Positions 11,847-22,835 of a stretch of 64,000 bases of DNA are shown piece by piece. The notes beneath the pieces were generated by a model. The model was given only the letters and a program-made list of their open reading frames with translations. It did not search any database and was not told where the DNA came from. The stretch is from the NCBI RefSeq assembly GCF_947568905.1, contig NC_079168.1, forward strand, positions 22,196,001-22,260,000. Direction: 5' to 3'. This DNA comes from Ostrea edulis. Taxonomy: Eukaryota. Positions within the stretch are counted from its first letter, which is position 1, and each line of letters starts with the position of its first letter. Made by a program: the position numbers and the translations under genes.

Positions 11847-12000
11847 AGATTATAAAAATTTGACTAAACGTTTGTATATTTGCAATGATGTGATATCGTT
11901 TCTATACTATTAAATATTTAAAAGTATTACTTTATTAAAGCTCTCATTTGTGTATGTTTTAATGGATTCACCTGCTTAGCTGCTTAGGAGATGTCAACTC

Positions 12001-12097
12001 ACAGGGGGGGGGGGGGGGGGGGGGGGCAAAATGGCAACAAAATGAATTACCGCCAAAGGGTGGTACAACCCCCGTAATCCTCTCTAGATCCACCACT
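12001..12097. mobile_element. Truncated right end of a CAGTGGCGGATC-type MITE
   Basis: Poly-G followed by gtaatcctctctagatccaccact, which resembles the terminus of 29488-29920. Confidence 0.4.
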
Positions 12098-14126
12098 CAC
12101 TTTTTATGTTACGTTAAGTAATTACCTCATCTGCACAGATTCCCAGATTACACACATTTTTAGTGCATACCTTTCCTATAAAGGGTTCATTTAAAGTAAC
12201 TTTCTTAATCCAGTTCACAATTTAGCATATTTTTATCAATTGCTATAGCCCTGTATGACTGTATTTCATCTGTGGTCTGTACTTGTAAATGTAACACAAA
12301 AATGAAGAATTGTTGATTTCTAATATACTGCAATAATAGTATTTGATACATAGTTAATATTTCAATTTAACACAAACAGAATAGATCAGAAATGGTTTAT
12401 CAAACACCGGTCCAAGCTAAGGCTAGATAAATTGTATTATAATTTCTATACTAATATTTTTTTAAATGCTATAAAAATGGACTAAATTCGATAGACTCAT
12501 TTTCTTTCAAAAATCAAAGATAAAAATTAACTATAGATATTATCAATTGATGAACTGCTTTATTCATTATTTACTATGTATACGTACTAATAATGATAAA
12601 ATAAATTTTCTTTTCTTTTCTAAAACACAGACAAAATACATGTGAATCTTATGTACCTGTATAGAATAGTCTATGAAAACACAATTCACACTTATCATCC
12701 TACACTTAAATATCAAACGAAATGTATCCCTTAGGTAGTAAATCAGTGGGGGGGGGGGGATGTTTGGTTTTTAGGGGAGGGATTTCCCACAGTTCCTGTC
12801 GCTCCATCACCCGTCCCTCGATCGCGACATAACACATAACAATTCTATTCAATGAATTAACTGAAATTAAGAGTTAATTCTCATAATCTGTCAGCTTTTA
12901 AAATCGCTTAATCACTGCGTATGAATATTAATCTAACGCTTAAGCGCTCCATTCCGTAAGCAAGTGTGATATAAGAAATATCTGTTTATAATATAAGAGA
13001 TATCTCTTTATTATACTAAAAAGATCTAATATAATCTTATTATTTTTTTTCGAATCAATCCGACAAGGAAAGCAATTATTTCCACTATATTCTCTTTAAA
13101 GAAGTGGACTGGCACAGCCTGAAGGCATCAGCCATGACTGTAGACAATGCCTGTCCACTTCTCTAAAGTGACGTCCTCTGGTTTGTGATTGGTGATACAC
13201 GTGCGGTCCATGTAGCAAATGTTCGCACAATCAAAACGTGTACCTTAGTTTTTTTCCATCCTTCCCTTTATCTATGCAGAGACATGTGGTACACAAATTT
13301 GGTGCAATTACAAATGTTCAGTATCTTTTTTAAGAGAGGGAAGGGGGGGGGGGGGGGGGTCGCGGGTGCTAATTATGGAATACCGCGGTGTTCGATTGGG
13401 TCGCCTAATTCTAAAGGATAGAAGAAAACACCGTTATTAGACATACCCAAGCGCAAAGTTGGTACTCTTTTTAGTGTAAACATCATTGGAGACAACTACA
13501 TGAAGCTTATTATGGGTTATTCATAAAAATAGTTTGCACCATTACGAAGATCTTATGGAATTGTAACCCTCTCCCAAAAACGTCAGAATAAAACAAATCG
13601 GAGAGGGCTACATTATTGCAGCTATGGTTGCAGATATTCATTTGATTATTTGGTACATTACTTTACATAGACAACTTACAGATCAAGTTCGGAGATTGTA
13701 TTTTTGCTGATTTATGGCCCTTAGACAGAAAAATACCACAATACTCAGTTTCCGAACTTTTTTATTATTGTAATGCTCACGGATTTAGTACATTGCTTCA
13801 CCATAACAAGTTACAGATCAAGTTGGAGTTTTGTGAATTTTGAGGAATTCATCTTGGCGAATAAGATGTAATTGATTTGTATGCTTCTTAGCGAAATAAA
13901 GAGGGGTAGTCGTTGGGATAATGGAATATTTTTTCCGACGCTAAAAATTGTCGACGTACATGTATATGTAGGTCGAATTTTTTCTGTCCCGATTACAACT
14001 GATCACACACACACATACACACACACGCGCGCGCGCGCGACGACGACAACTGTATGTTTATTCTGTTGAACACATACACTTGGAAGTTAACTCCTTCAAA
14101 AAAATTGGGACATCAAAGTAATTCCG

Positions 14127-14189
14127 CAATCGTAACAACTCGGCCATTTCCGTAACCGGTTTACGGAAATGGCCGAGTTGTTACGATTG
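14127..14189. mobile_element. 63-bp near-perfect palindromic mini-element with 10-bp TSD (Mutator-like)
   Basis: 29-bp arms caatcgtaacaactcggccatttccgtaa and its exact reverse complement around ccggt; agtaattccg at 14117-14126 and 14190-14199. Confidence 0.85.
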
Positions 14190-14421
14190 AGTAATTCCGC
14201 TGGGTTTTTTTTCCGATTTGATATCAATTTATTTTCACTAGATTTGCACAGTTACATAGGTTTAATGAATTCATATATTCGTTTATTTACTACATGCATA
14301 GACTCAGACGTGAACATGTGGTGTTTCAACCCCTGTAAACAACTAATCAACAATGAACTTGTCCATATATATATAGTGCCTAGTGTGCAATATATAAAAA
14401 AAAAACCTGTATGTATATGTA

Positions 14422-14464
<43 letters not shown>

Positions 14465-15033
14465 CTCATAATTTGAAATAAGCTCTCATTGTTTTGATGA
14501 TTGTGATTATATGGGTTGGAGAATGTTTTCTAGGACATGAGTTATTTCAAACAAGACGAAGGATATGAAGGGGCCCAGTACATAGTCTTTTACAATATAT
14601 TCATGCGCGGCAGTGCGTGATGACGTAGAGAAATTGAACAAAGTTCAACTCCCAAAAACATATTCGTCTTGGAGATGTCCGTTATGGGACCTGTTTCCTC
14701 GGAAGAGGAAAGTACAGAAGTATTCCACACAACTTATTTTACGCGACATCGGTAGTCATCCAAACATGTAGGCCTACAGTGTATCTATATGTACAAGTAT
14801 ACAAATACGCATAATGTTGATATTAGAAATATATATTATATTGTTACAGTATGACCGCCTAAACCGTATTTACGGACTCGGCATGGCGCACTTCCTACAC
14901 GTTATATAAGGAAATAATTCTCGTGATTTTACTTGTTTTATTTAAATTTTCTTGTTTTTGTTTTCTGTAATTAATATTTATGAAATGCGCAATATGGTAC
15001 AAAATTAACTTTGAATTCATACATGACATGACT

Positions 15034-15125
15034 AGGTCAAGGCGTGACACCCGCATTTTTCATATAAAGCTCGATAAAACGTGCAACAATATTCAGAATA
15101 ATCCACGAGTATAAGCTAAATGCAG
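15034..15125 (+). promoter_or_regulatory. Candidate promoter and non-coding first exon, probably of gene C (distal)
   Basis: AGGTCAA at 15034, ACACCC at 15047, CATATAAA at 15061 (same ACACCC-N8-TATA spacing as gene B); strong donor cag|gtaagt at 15126. Confidence 0.4.
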
Positions 15126-15143
15126 GTAAGTTGTCATCCTTAA

Positions 15144-15679
15144 AGGGACTGGTTCACGATTTTTCTTAAAGGGACTGGTTCACGATTTTTTATAAAACTA
15201 TTTTTCATTTTTGATGGTAAACATTAAAAATATAACTCATTTAATATTGACAGCCAAACTTTTGACCTTCTAATGCAAGAATTAAAGCAATTTTTTAGCC
15301 ATAAATCTGTGTTAACAAAGACTTGAGTCTTTTTATGCATACAAACAAACAAGTGAAATATTGATTTTGTAATATAAAGCATCTTTATTTTGCATAGTCA
15401 CAATTTTTAACTTTTAGTGACACATTTACCCCAAAAATGCCACAAAATGTGAAAGGATATAATAAACTTAGGTCGATATCCATTTCTTTTGAAAATTTCA
15501 TAAACAATAACATACCGTAATCTTTGTTTACAAAACAAATAATAAACTCTCTAAAATGAACTTCTTTGATCATGTATAACCTTAATTTATATGTGAACTC
15601 TTTTAAACACAATAGACAGTAGATTTTGATCATTAAAAGTGAAAAACAAAATTTTGGGGAATATCGTGAATCAGTCCCT
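15144..15679. mobile_element. Kolobok-like MITE with TTAA TSD and a duplicated left terminus
   Basis: ttaaagggactggttcacgattttt occurs at 15140 and 15166; right end cgtgaatcagtccct|ttaa at 15679. Confidence 0.85.
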
Positions 15680-16079
15680 TTAAGGTTTATATAATACATG
15701 TGTATTTGCATTTAACGAGGTTTGCATCTGAGTTTTGGAGTATTGTCATTTTCTTCTTTTTTCGGAAGTAGATGTTTGATTTCTACATTGAAGGGGGTTA
15801 TGAAACTAGGGTTGTGGTGCTTATTATTGAGCTACAGTGTGTTAAACTTGACCTTTTTGCACTTGAAATTGTGTACAATATAGCATTTCGAAAAAAAAAA
15901 ATGGTCTTGCGTTGTCTTGTTATCACTTTCGTGCCCATTCATTCTCTAAGTATTTTCAAATTATGGACTTGCTACGTACGTTCGTGCGAACGTTATAAAA
16001 TGGGGGGGGGGGGGTTCCAGCAATTCACTTTTTGTCTAATGTTCTTTTTCAAATCTTAACATCTTTAAATCACATATGC

Positions 16080-16230
16080 ATGAAAGGCGAAGATAACGAA
16101 CAGTGATCAATCTCATAACTCCTATAAGGAATACAAAATAGAGAGTTGGGCGTACACGGACCCCTGGATATACCAGAGGTGGGATCAGATGCCTAGGAGG
16201 AGTAAGCATCCCCTGTCGACCGGTCACACC
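16080..16230 (-). mobile_element. Interspersed repeat, probably a retroelement 3' end (family not assigned)
   Basis: GC-richer island; minus strand ggtgtgaccggtcgacaggggatgcttactcctcctaggcatctgatcccacc resembles an abundant oyster repeat as I recall it (not checked). Confidence 0.4.
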
Positions 16231-17262
16231 GTAACATGTAACGTCTTAGTTTATGCAATATTTATTCATAAATAAGTTTATTTTAGTGTTTACAAACAAT
16301 GTCAAGTATAATTTAGATTGAGAAACAAGCCAAAAGGCTTATATTGATATCGCTCTAAACTTTCTTGGTACAGTATTTTTCAAATTGTTGATTTTTTTTT
16401 CCAAACATTCCGCTGATACTATCAGATATCATATACTATTTTGTACTATGCTTTTTTGATAAATATTAGGGATTTCAACGAATATTCGAATATTCTTTCG
16501 ATGAGATGATATTCGAATATGAAATTAAGATTCGAATATTCGGTTATACAGGTAAAACCGTATATATTTGGACATTTAGAGCTACAGAAAGCTACCGAAC
16601 GATTACCGAACATTCGTACGCAAGAACGGAAAATAGAAGCCAGTGTCCCATGCCAAAAAGTCACACTGCCATTAATATTGCGTGTAAAATGAAAGAAATT
16701 TTAAAAGTTTTTGGTTTTTTTAATGCAAAATTGACGCTGTGTTTGTGTGCACGATAATGCTCGAAACATGGAAAAGGCGGGTATGTTAAGCCCGGAGTGG
16801 GAGGACATGTCGTGTGTCGACCATACTTTACCGCTATGCATAAAACTGGCCCCTGGAATACAGAATGCGGCCTAACTTTTTTCAAAGTGTCGGAAACTCG
16901 TAGGTCTTGCTGCGTGTTAGACGATCGATTTATCAAAAAGAGCCCCAATCAAACTTCCCCTTTTATGCTTTAATAGATAGATATAAGCTACACGAAAAAC
17001 AGGGGCCGCGAGGTAATAAACATACATGTGACCCTGCGTTTTCATGAACATTGATCCTGCACGTGGCCAAGACATTTCACCTCAAATCTCATTCAAGAAA
17101 AATGTTATCAAATTCTGAAATGTGGTCATTTTTTTTATGGTTCATGGCTCTATCTCTTTATTAAACAATGTTTATTGTGTGTGCGCTTTCTTTCTGGTAT
17201 GAAACATACTGTTAAAGAGGAACAACACGTCATCATTACGGCTGACTTCCTTTCGAAATACG

Positions 17263-17460
17263 ATCCGGGGATCCGGGCTCTATAGAATAGGTCCTAAGTA
17301 CCCCTTGCTTGTCGTAACAGGCGACTTAATGGGGCGGTCCTTCGGATGAGACCGCAAAAACCGAGTCCCCGTGTCGCAGCGGTTGTGGCACGATAAAGAT
17401 CCCTCCCTGCTCAAAGGCCGTAAGCGCCGAGCATAGGCCTAAATTCTGCAGCCCTTCACT

Positions 17461-17500
<40 letters not shown>

Positions 17501-17532
17501 AGGGACGTTACACAATATACAACCAACCAACC
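17263..17532 (+). mobile_element. 5'-truncated bivalve SINE (probably Meta/MESC-type central domain)
   Basis: cttgtcgtaacaggcgact, then gtggcacgataaagatccctccctgctcaaaggcc, and a (CAAC)n tail. Related to the 20685-20979 element. Confidence 0.65.
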
Positions 17533-19178
17533 TCTCGAACTACAAGGAGAAAATTAAATACATATTACCTATGTATTCTGTTTCCTGTTCACGTTTATTG
17601 CTTAGCAAAGTGGTTAATGTGCAAGGTTGCCGTTTTGTTCGTAGATCTATAGAAGGTTTAGAAAATCTTGTGAGTTAGTCCTCCTCAAGTATTTGTATGG
17701 TTATAAAACTTGAAACTTTCCTGTGGCGTTTGAATATGGCATCAATTAGATTCAAGTCTAGATTTGTAAGATGTTTCATAACAGACACGGAGGAGGGCTA
17801 CTCGCACCTTGCACAATAAAAACGACATATCGTAGGATATCCATTGTCAACGACCAACAGATGCGAGAAATGAGCTGATCTAAGACTAGCATGCACAATG
17901 TGTAACAAGTTCGTTTGTCATGTTTCCATTGTAAAATCAAAACTCAAATACAATAAATGTAAATGTATGCATGGACATGACAAATCAGCATCAACAGCTG
18001 TACTAGGCCTCAAGACCATAGACTGAGAATTATGGAAAGCCATTGGGGACCCTCAAGTCATGTTCTATATAATCCATTGTATCAATCCTGACCTATCCAT
18101 ATTGACAACCCAGGATGACAACTTGGTCATACCCCAACATTAACCTGGTATTTCCAACTTAAAATCATGACCAAGTCAAGATGCATCTTTGTCATCTCAT
18201 GATTACAGTCATGGCCTGCGCAAGATGTTTAAATGGTCTTGTATTTAAAGAGGGATAACTCTAATCTAATCGTTAATGTTTCCATTGCTGAACATTCGCT
18301 ATCCCTAATGGAGTAACTGCAAAATGTCCTTACTAACAACAGAAAATGTACCACTATTAAATGGTAACACAAATGCTTGTTGAAAATTCGAATTCACAGA
18401 AACACTTCATTGTCGAATCATTTCGGATGGAAATACAGTTTTACACTACAATTACAATGAACCTCAGACAATGGCTTTCTGTAGACATTTTCATGCAGTC
18501 GGCTTCCACCATGCTGTACACGCTGATTGCTTCAATTTCCTGACGGTTATTAGAAATGAAAGTTAGTGATATTTCTTAATGATGACGCCGCCATGCATCG
18601 ACGCTACATGTATGTCAGTTCGAAACAAAGCGGACAGCTTCTCTTACACAGGCGTCTGACCACTGTACCATGCACCCTGGGCACATGACCACTGTACCAG
18701 TAAACACACACATACATATACACACACAGGCACATGACCATGCACCGTGCAACCCTTACTATCTCTGTTTTTCCTCCAACAAAATTGATGTTGGCGATTC
18801 ATGATTTTAGATATGTGATTATTCTCTACCCTACAATAAATATTGTTATAACAGGGTAGCAATCAACTTTTTGAATACTTAACAGAACATATTTTATTTC
18901 CAGTCAAGACCCCCCCCCCCCCCCCCAGGGGCAGCATGAAAATGTATACATATATCAGTCCAAAAAAAAGTTATTGCATGACACTTAGTTTAAATACAAT
19001 GCCAATGTAGTAATTGCATATATTGTTCAAAAATAAATTTCCAAACTATATTTAAAATTGATGGCTCTTCAGAACACAATATGTATATGAATTTTTGTTG
19101 TGTAGTGAAATTCTGTACAGTTTTTTCCCTCTATTACATCACAAACAGGTTTTCTTTCATCATCAACAGACTTTTCAC

Positions 19179-19926
19179 CAGAGCTCCAGATAATTTTTTA
19201 CCACAAAGAGTATTTACCCCCTGATTTTCAAATCAATGAGTATTTTGCTTTTCAGAAAAATTCAAAAGTGTATTTTGTTAATTTACTGATTATCTTTGCT
19301 CTTTTGCACAGAAGATGTCACCAGATAAACGATACTTCTTCCGTTAAACTTTAACTTAAAGTTTATACTAAAAGGCCGCTCCAGCTATTTACGGGGAAAA
19401 TCCTTTGTAGTTCTTTTTATTAAAACTATTCATTGTCATTTGGAATTTGATATTTATTATTGATGCATTAAATTTGAATATGTTGATCAGACACTCAGTC
19501 ACATGATTATGATCCAATTCTGTATATCATTCGTCCACGATTGATAATACAAGTTTTTTCTCTGTGCTTTCGACCGCACACTAACTCTTTAAGAAAGAAA
19601 GTATAACAGGTAGGCTTATATAATAGTGTTCTGAGTTAACTCTTCCAATTTTTCAAAATTGTGATTGTCATCAAAACGTATTTCATAGTGCTAAATATCA
19701 TGCATGATCAAGCCCTGGGCTAACCTCAATTCATATGAATAGATAATTCATATTTATATCATACTACATGTATCACAAATACACGGACTAATACGCATTA
19801 CTTTGGGAGTGTAAAGCGTATTTACATTCGCTAATGCGTAATTGTACGCATGATTTTCAACTTAAATGCGTATTTGGTCAAATTTAATGATTATTTACGC
19901 TGATACGCACCTTATCTGGAGCTCTG
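19179..19926. mobile_element. P-superfamily-like MITE
   Basis: 15-bp TIR cagagctccagataa / ttatctggagctctg; flanks ttttcac and atttcac (7-bp TSD with one mismatch). Confidence 0.75.
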
Positions 19927-20236
19927 ATTTCACAATTGATAAATAAAAAAAGAATCTCGTCTCCTAATGAACCTGAGTTACATTTGTTACAGACTCGTTC
20001 ATTCCTAGTAATATTAGAGTATCTACCAACTTTAATAATTAATTTATGATACATAAATTTACAGATATATATTCTGAAAATAAATTTTTTTGACTTTATA
20101 GATAATTTTCAAAACCAAAGTGCTCATTAAGTTTAAAACATGTATGTGCATAGTTTCCCATCGATCAATTTATTTCGATTATTGTACCAGATTTCAGTGT
20201 ATTTATCACAGAGTAATTTCCTTAGAATTTTCTTAA

Positions 20237-20555
20237 GGATGTATGCTACACCAGAGAAATTTGATGTAGATGAAAAGTGGAGGATATGTACAATAATATT
20301 TGAAGTTGAAAATTATCAAATGTACTTTATTTTGTCAAAAAATACAGTTTTAGTAGAAGGTAACCTGAAAAAAAAAAATTAAATCCCTGCTGGACTCAAA
20401 CCTGCGATCTACAGTTCAGCAGTCGGTATTCTAACCTACTGAGCTACTCTTCTAGGTATTTAAATGGAAAAGGAAAAGTCAAATATTGCTGATATCGATT
20501 TTTCCATCCATGTTTTTAAAGGAAGTCAGCCATTATGACGATGTAGAGTACTACC
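20237..20555. mobile_element. Kolobok-like TTAA MITE carrying an internal tRNA-like segment
   Basis: ttaa|ggatgtatgctacacc ... atgtagagtactacc|ttaa. The minus strand contains tagctcagtagg (A-box) and ggtttgagtcc (B-box). A second copy lies at 51784-52915. Confidence 0.75.
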
Positions 20556-20684
20556 TTAAGCAACCAATATGGGGTGGATAGAGAATCTCAAACTATGGGA
20601 ATAACTGTCATGACCCCTATGACCTCCGTGAGGTTACTAAGGGATAATTTTGTAAGGCCAGGAAACCATTGGTAAAAACGATAA

Positions 20685-20979
20685 CTTGATTGATTGATTG
20701 GTTTACGTCGAGAATGTTTCACTCAGACGTCAACAGCTGTAGGTGAAGTAGGCTTAGTGTTCAGGGCCGTGGCAGTGAGGTTTCTTTAACGTGCCAACGT
20801 CTGCCGCGACACGGGACCTCTGGGGTTTTTTTTAAGGTCATATCCGAGAGACCCATGATTGCCGAGTTTTTTGGCGAAGGAGCGATCACTATTTATGTTA
20901 ACGTCATTAGGTTTGACGCGGCCATGGACCTCCCGGTTACGAAGCGCACGCGCAGAACCACTGAGCTACCGCGACCGGT
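20685..20979 (-). mobile_element. tRNA-derived SINE with 8-bp TSD
   Basis: Minus-strand head accggtcgcggtagctcagtggtt (A-box); (TCAA)n tail; aacgataa at 20677-20684 and 20980-20987. Confidence 0.75.
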
Positions 20980-21674
20980 AACGATAATTTGATATGAATT
21001 TATCAACATTTGTATACTTGTAGGTTAAACCGGATATACCACATACATTTACATTTCCATTGTTTTTGTCTGTGATACCTTTACAAACTGTAACGATAGC
21101 CATTTCCTCATGAATGTGCTACAGTTGTGGACAATGCGCGTATGAATATTGATAAATATAGTACATCTATTTCAACGGCTGGGAAATCCGATAGAAATGA
21201 CAGTAGAATGTACATATACAAAATAAATTTCAGTTTTGAACATACATGAGGGAATGACCTGCAACACCTCACGCCGGTGTACTATTCCTGAGGCGCATTA
21301 CATATTTCCGTGTGAAGCCTCGCAATTCATACCTTTAAAAAAAAAAGATATTTAGATAATTTTGGTGTGTTGATAATACATGCACTAGCTTTTCTTGGAG
21401 GATGACGAAAATATGCCAAAATTAAAAGTACCGAAGTTTCTATTATAATCATAATTGCATAAAATGAAATTTGCTATAAACTAAATTGCAGTATTTCAAA
21501 CTACTTTTCTAATAAAAATTCGCCAAGTATCCCCAACGCCAAAATTATACGATAAACAGTAAAGCAAACCAAAACAATGGTATGATTTACAAAACACCAC
21601 GAAACGCTTTTAAAAATTGTATGGTTAATCACATGTACAATTGTATATACCTGATATTTTTTTTTATTTTAGGA

Positions 21675-22774
21675 ATGTGGAGAATTATCCTGTTGATATA
21701 CTTTCTTATCCTCGTTTCCTGTCAAGGTATCATGGCTACTAGTGTATGACAATTCATCGGGAATAAATGACAGTATCTTCCAAGATATTCATGTAAAACA
21801 AGATAAATAGCTACTGAAGAGTGAAAACATTTCACTGTGATACAAACAGTTTAGTGTAGTCTTTATTTTCAGATCATCTGAAGAAAGATGAAGATCATAA
21901 AGGAGGTGGACGACCAAACAACCGAGAGCGAGGGTGGCTTGATCAGCTGGGTGATTCTCATCCGGGGCGAGCAGTAGGAGACATGGCGACTAAGTTAGAG
22001 AAAGTGGATAACGGAATACAGGACAAATCCGCTTCTATTTTGGACACAAATGAATCCCATAACCAAAAGAGTCGGCAAAACAAATCTAACTCCCAATTTG
22101 GAAGAAGTCGATCGAAGAAAATCAAATCCAAACAGGGAAAAGGTCGACAAGGTAAAACTAGCAATTCCCATCCCGGAAAAGGAAGAGGTCAACAAAATGA
22201 TTTTGACTCTCACCCCGGAAGAGGTCGACAAGATAAATTTGGTGATTCCCATCCCGGGAAAGGAAGAGGTCGACAAGATAAATTCGGTGATTCACATCCC
22301 GGGAAAGGAAGAGGTCGACAAGACAAATTTGGTGATTCCCATCCCGGGAAAGGAAGAGGTCGACAAGACAAATTCAGTGATTCTCATCCCGGGAAAGGAA
22401 GAGGTCGACAAGACAAATTTGGTGATTCCCGTCCCGGGAAAGGAAGAGGTCGACAAGACAAATTCGGTGATTCCCATCCAGGAAAAAGGAGAGGCACACA
22501 GCAGAATAAAGGATCTGACAATACTTACACAGACCAAATCGCTCTGCATTCTATTTTAGGTATACCGGCAAAGACATTGGGAAATAAAGGGATTGCCAAG
22601 AAGACAAACAAACGTGGATGGGAAATGCGTAAACCCGGGGAAAGGGAACGAACGAAAAAGAAAATGAATAGAAAAAGAGGAAGAGGGCACGGCAAAAACA
22701 AAAATGGAAATAAGAGGAACAAGCCGCGGAACAGTGGGCGTGGAAAGAAGTACGGGGGTAGGAAGTGGTTATAA
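21675..22774 (+). CDS. Gene C: secreted Gly/Arg/Lys-rich protein with 15-aa tandem repeats, 317 aa; join(21675..21726,21873..22774)
   Basis: Acceptor ttttag| at 21672; ATG at 21675; signal peptide MWRIILLIYFLILVSCQ ends G|gtatca (phase 1; read-through hits TGA). Acceptor ctttattttcag| at 21872 continues in frame (DHLKKDEDHKGGGRPNNRERGWLDQLGDSHPG) into the tracked ORF 21983..22774. AATAAA at 22830. Confidence 0.83.
22163..22513 (+). repeat. 45-bp coding minisatellite (DSHPGKGRGRQDKFG), 8 units
   Basis: Units start at 22163, 22205, 22244, 22289, 22334, 22379, 22424 and 22469; the first two are 42 and 39 bp. Confidence 0.95.
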
Positions 22775-22829
22775 GTTTTACGCGAGCTTTGAAAGCGACA
22801 TTATATGTGTTCTGTGTCACTTCATTGAT

Positions 22830-22835
22830 AATAAA
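22830..22835 (+). promoter_or_regulatory. Polyadenylation signal of gene C
   Basis: AATAAA 55 nt after the stop codon. Confidence 0.5.

Noticed and set aside
21560-21585. Proximal first exon for gene C ending atg|gtatga at 21580
   Set aside because: It would add an out-of-frame upstream ATG and has no well-placed TATA box. It is not excluded, but it is weaker than the 15126 candidate.
22163-22513. Regularly spaced repeats resembling a CRISPR array (also 44015-44388)
   Set aside because: There are no unique spacers and no cas genes. The DNA is eukaryotic, and the units are contiguous tandem repeats.
5296-22774. Idea that the basic proteins are protamine-like, histone H1-like or ribosomal nuclear proteins
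   Set aside because: All three have in-phase hydrophobic signal-peptide exons, and no histone fold or winged-helix domain is visible.
21958-22820. Overlapping ORFs in other frames and strands across gene C, including 22050..22559 (IPIPGKEEVDKTNLV repeats)
   Set aside because: A 45-bp unit without stops keeps several frames open. Only the 21983 frame joins the signal exon in phase and continues through the non-repetitive tail.
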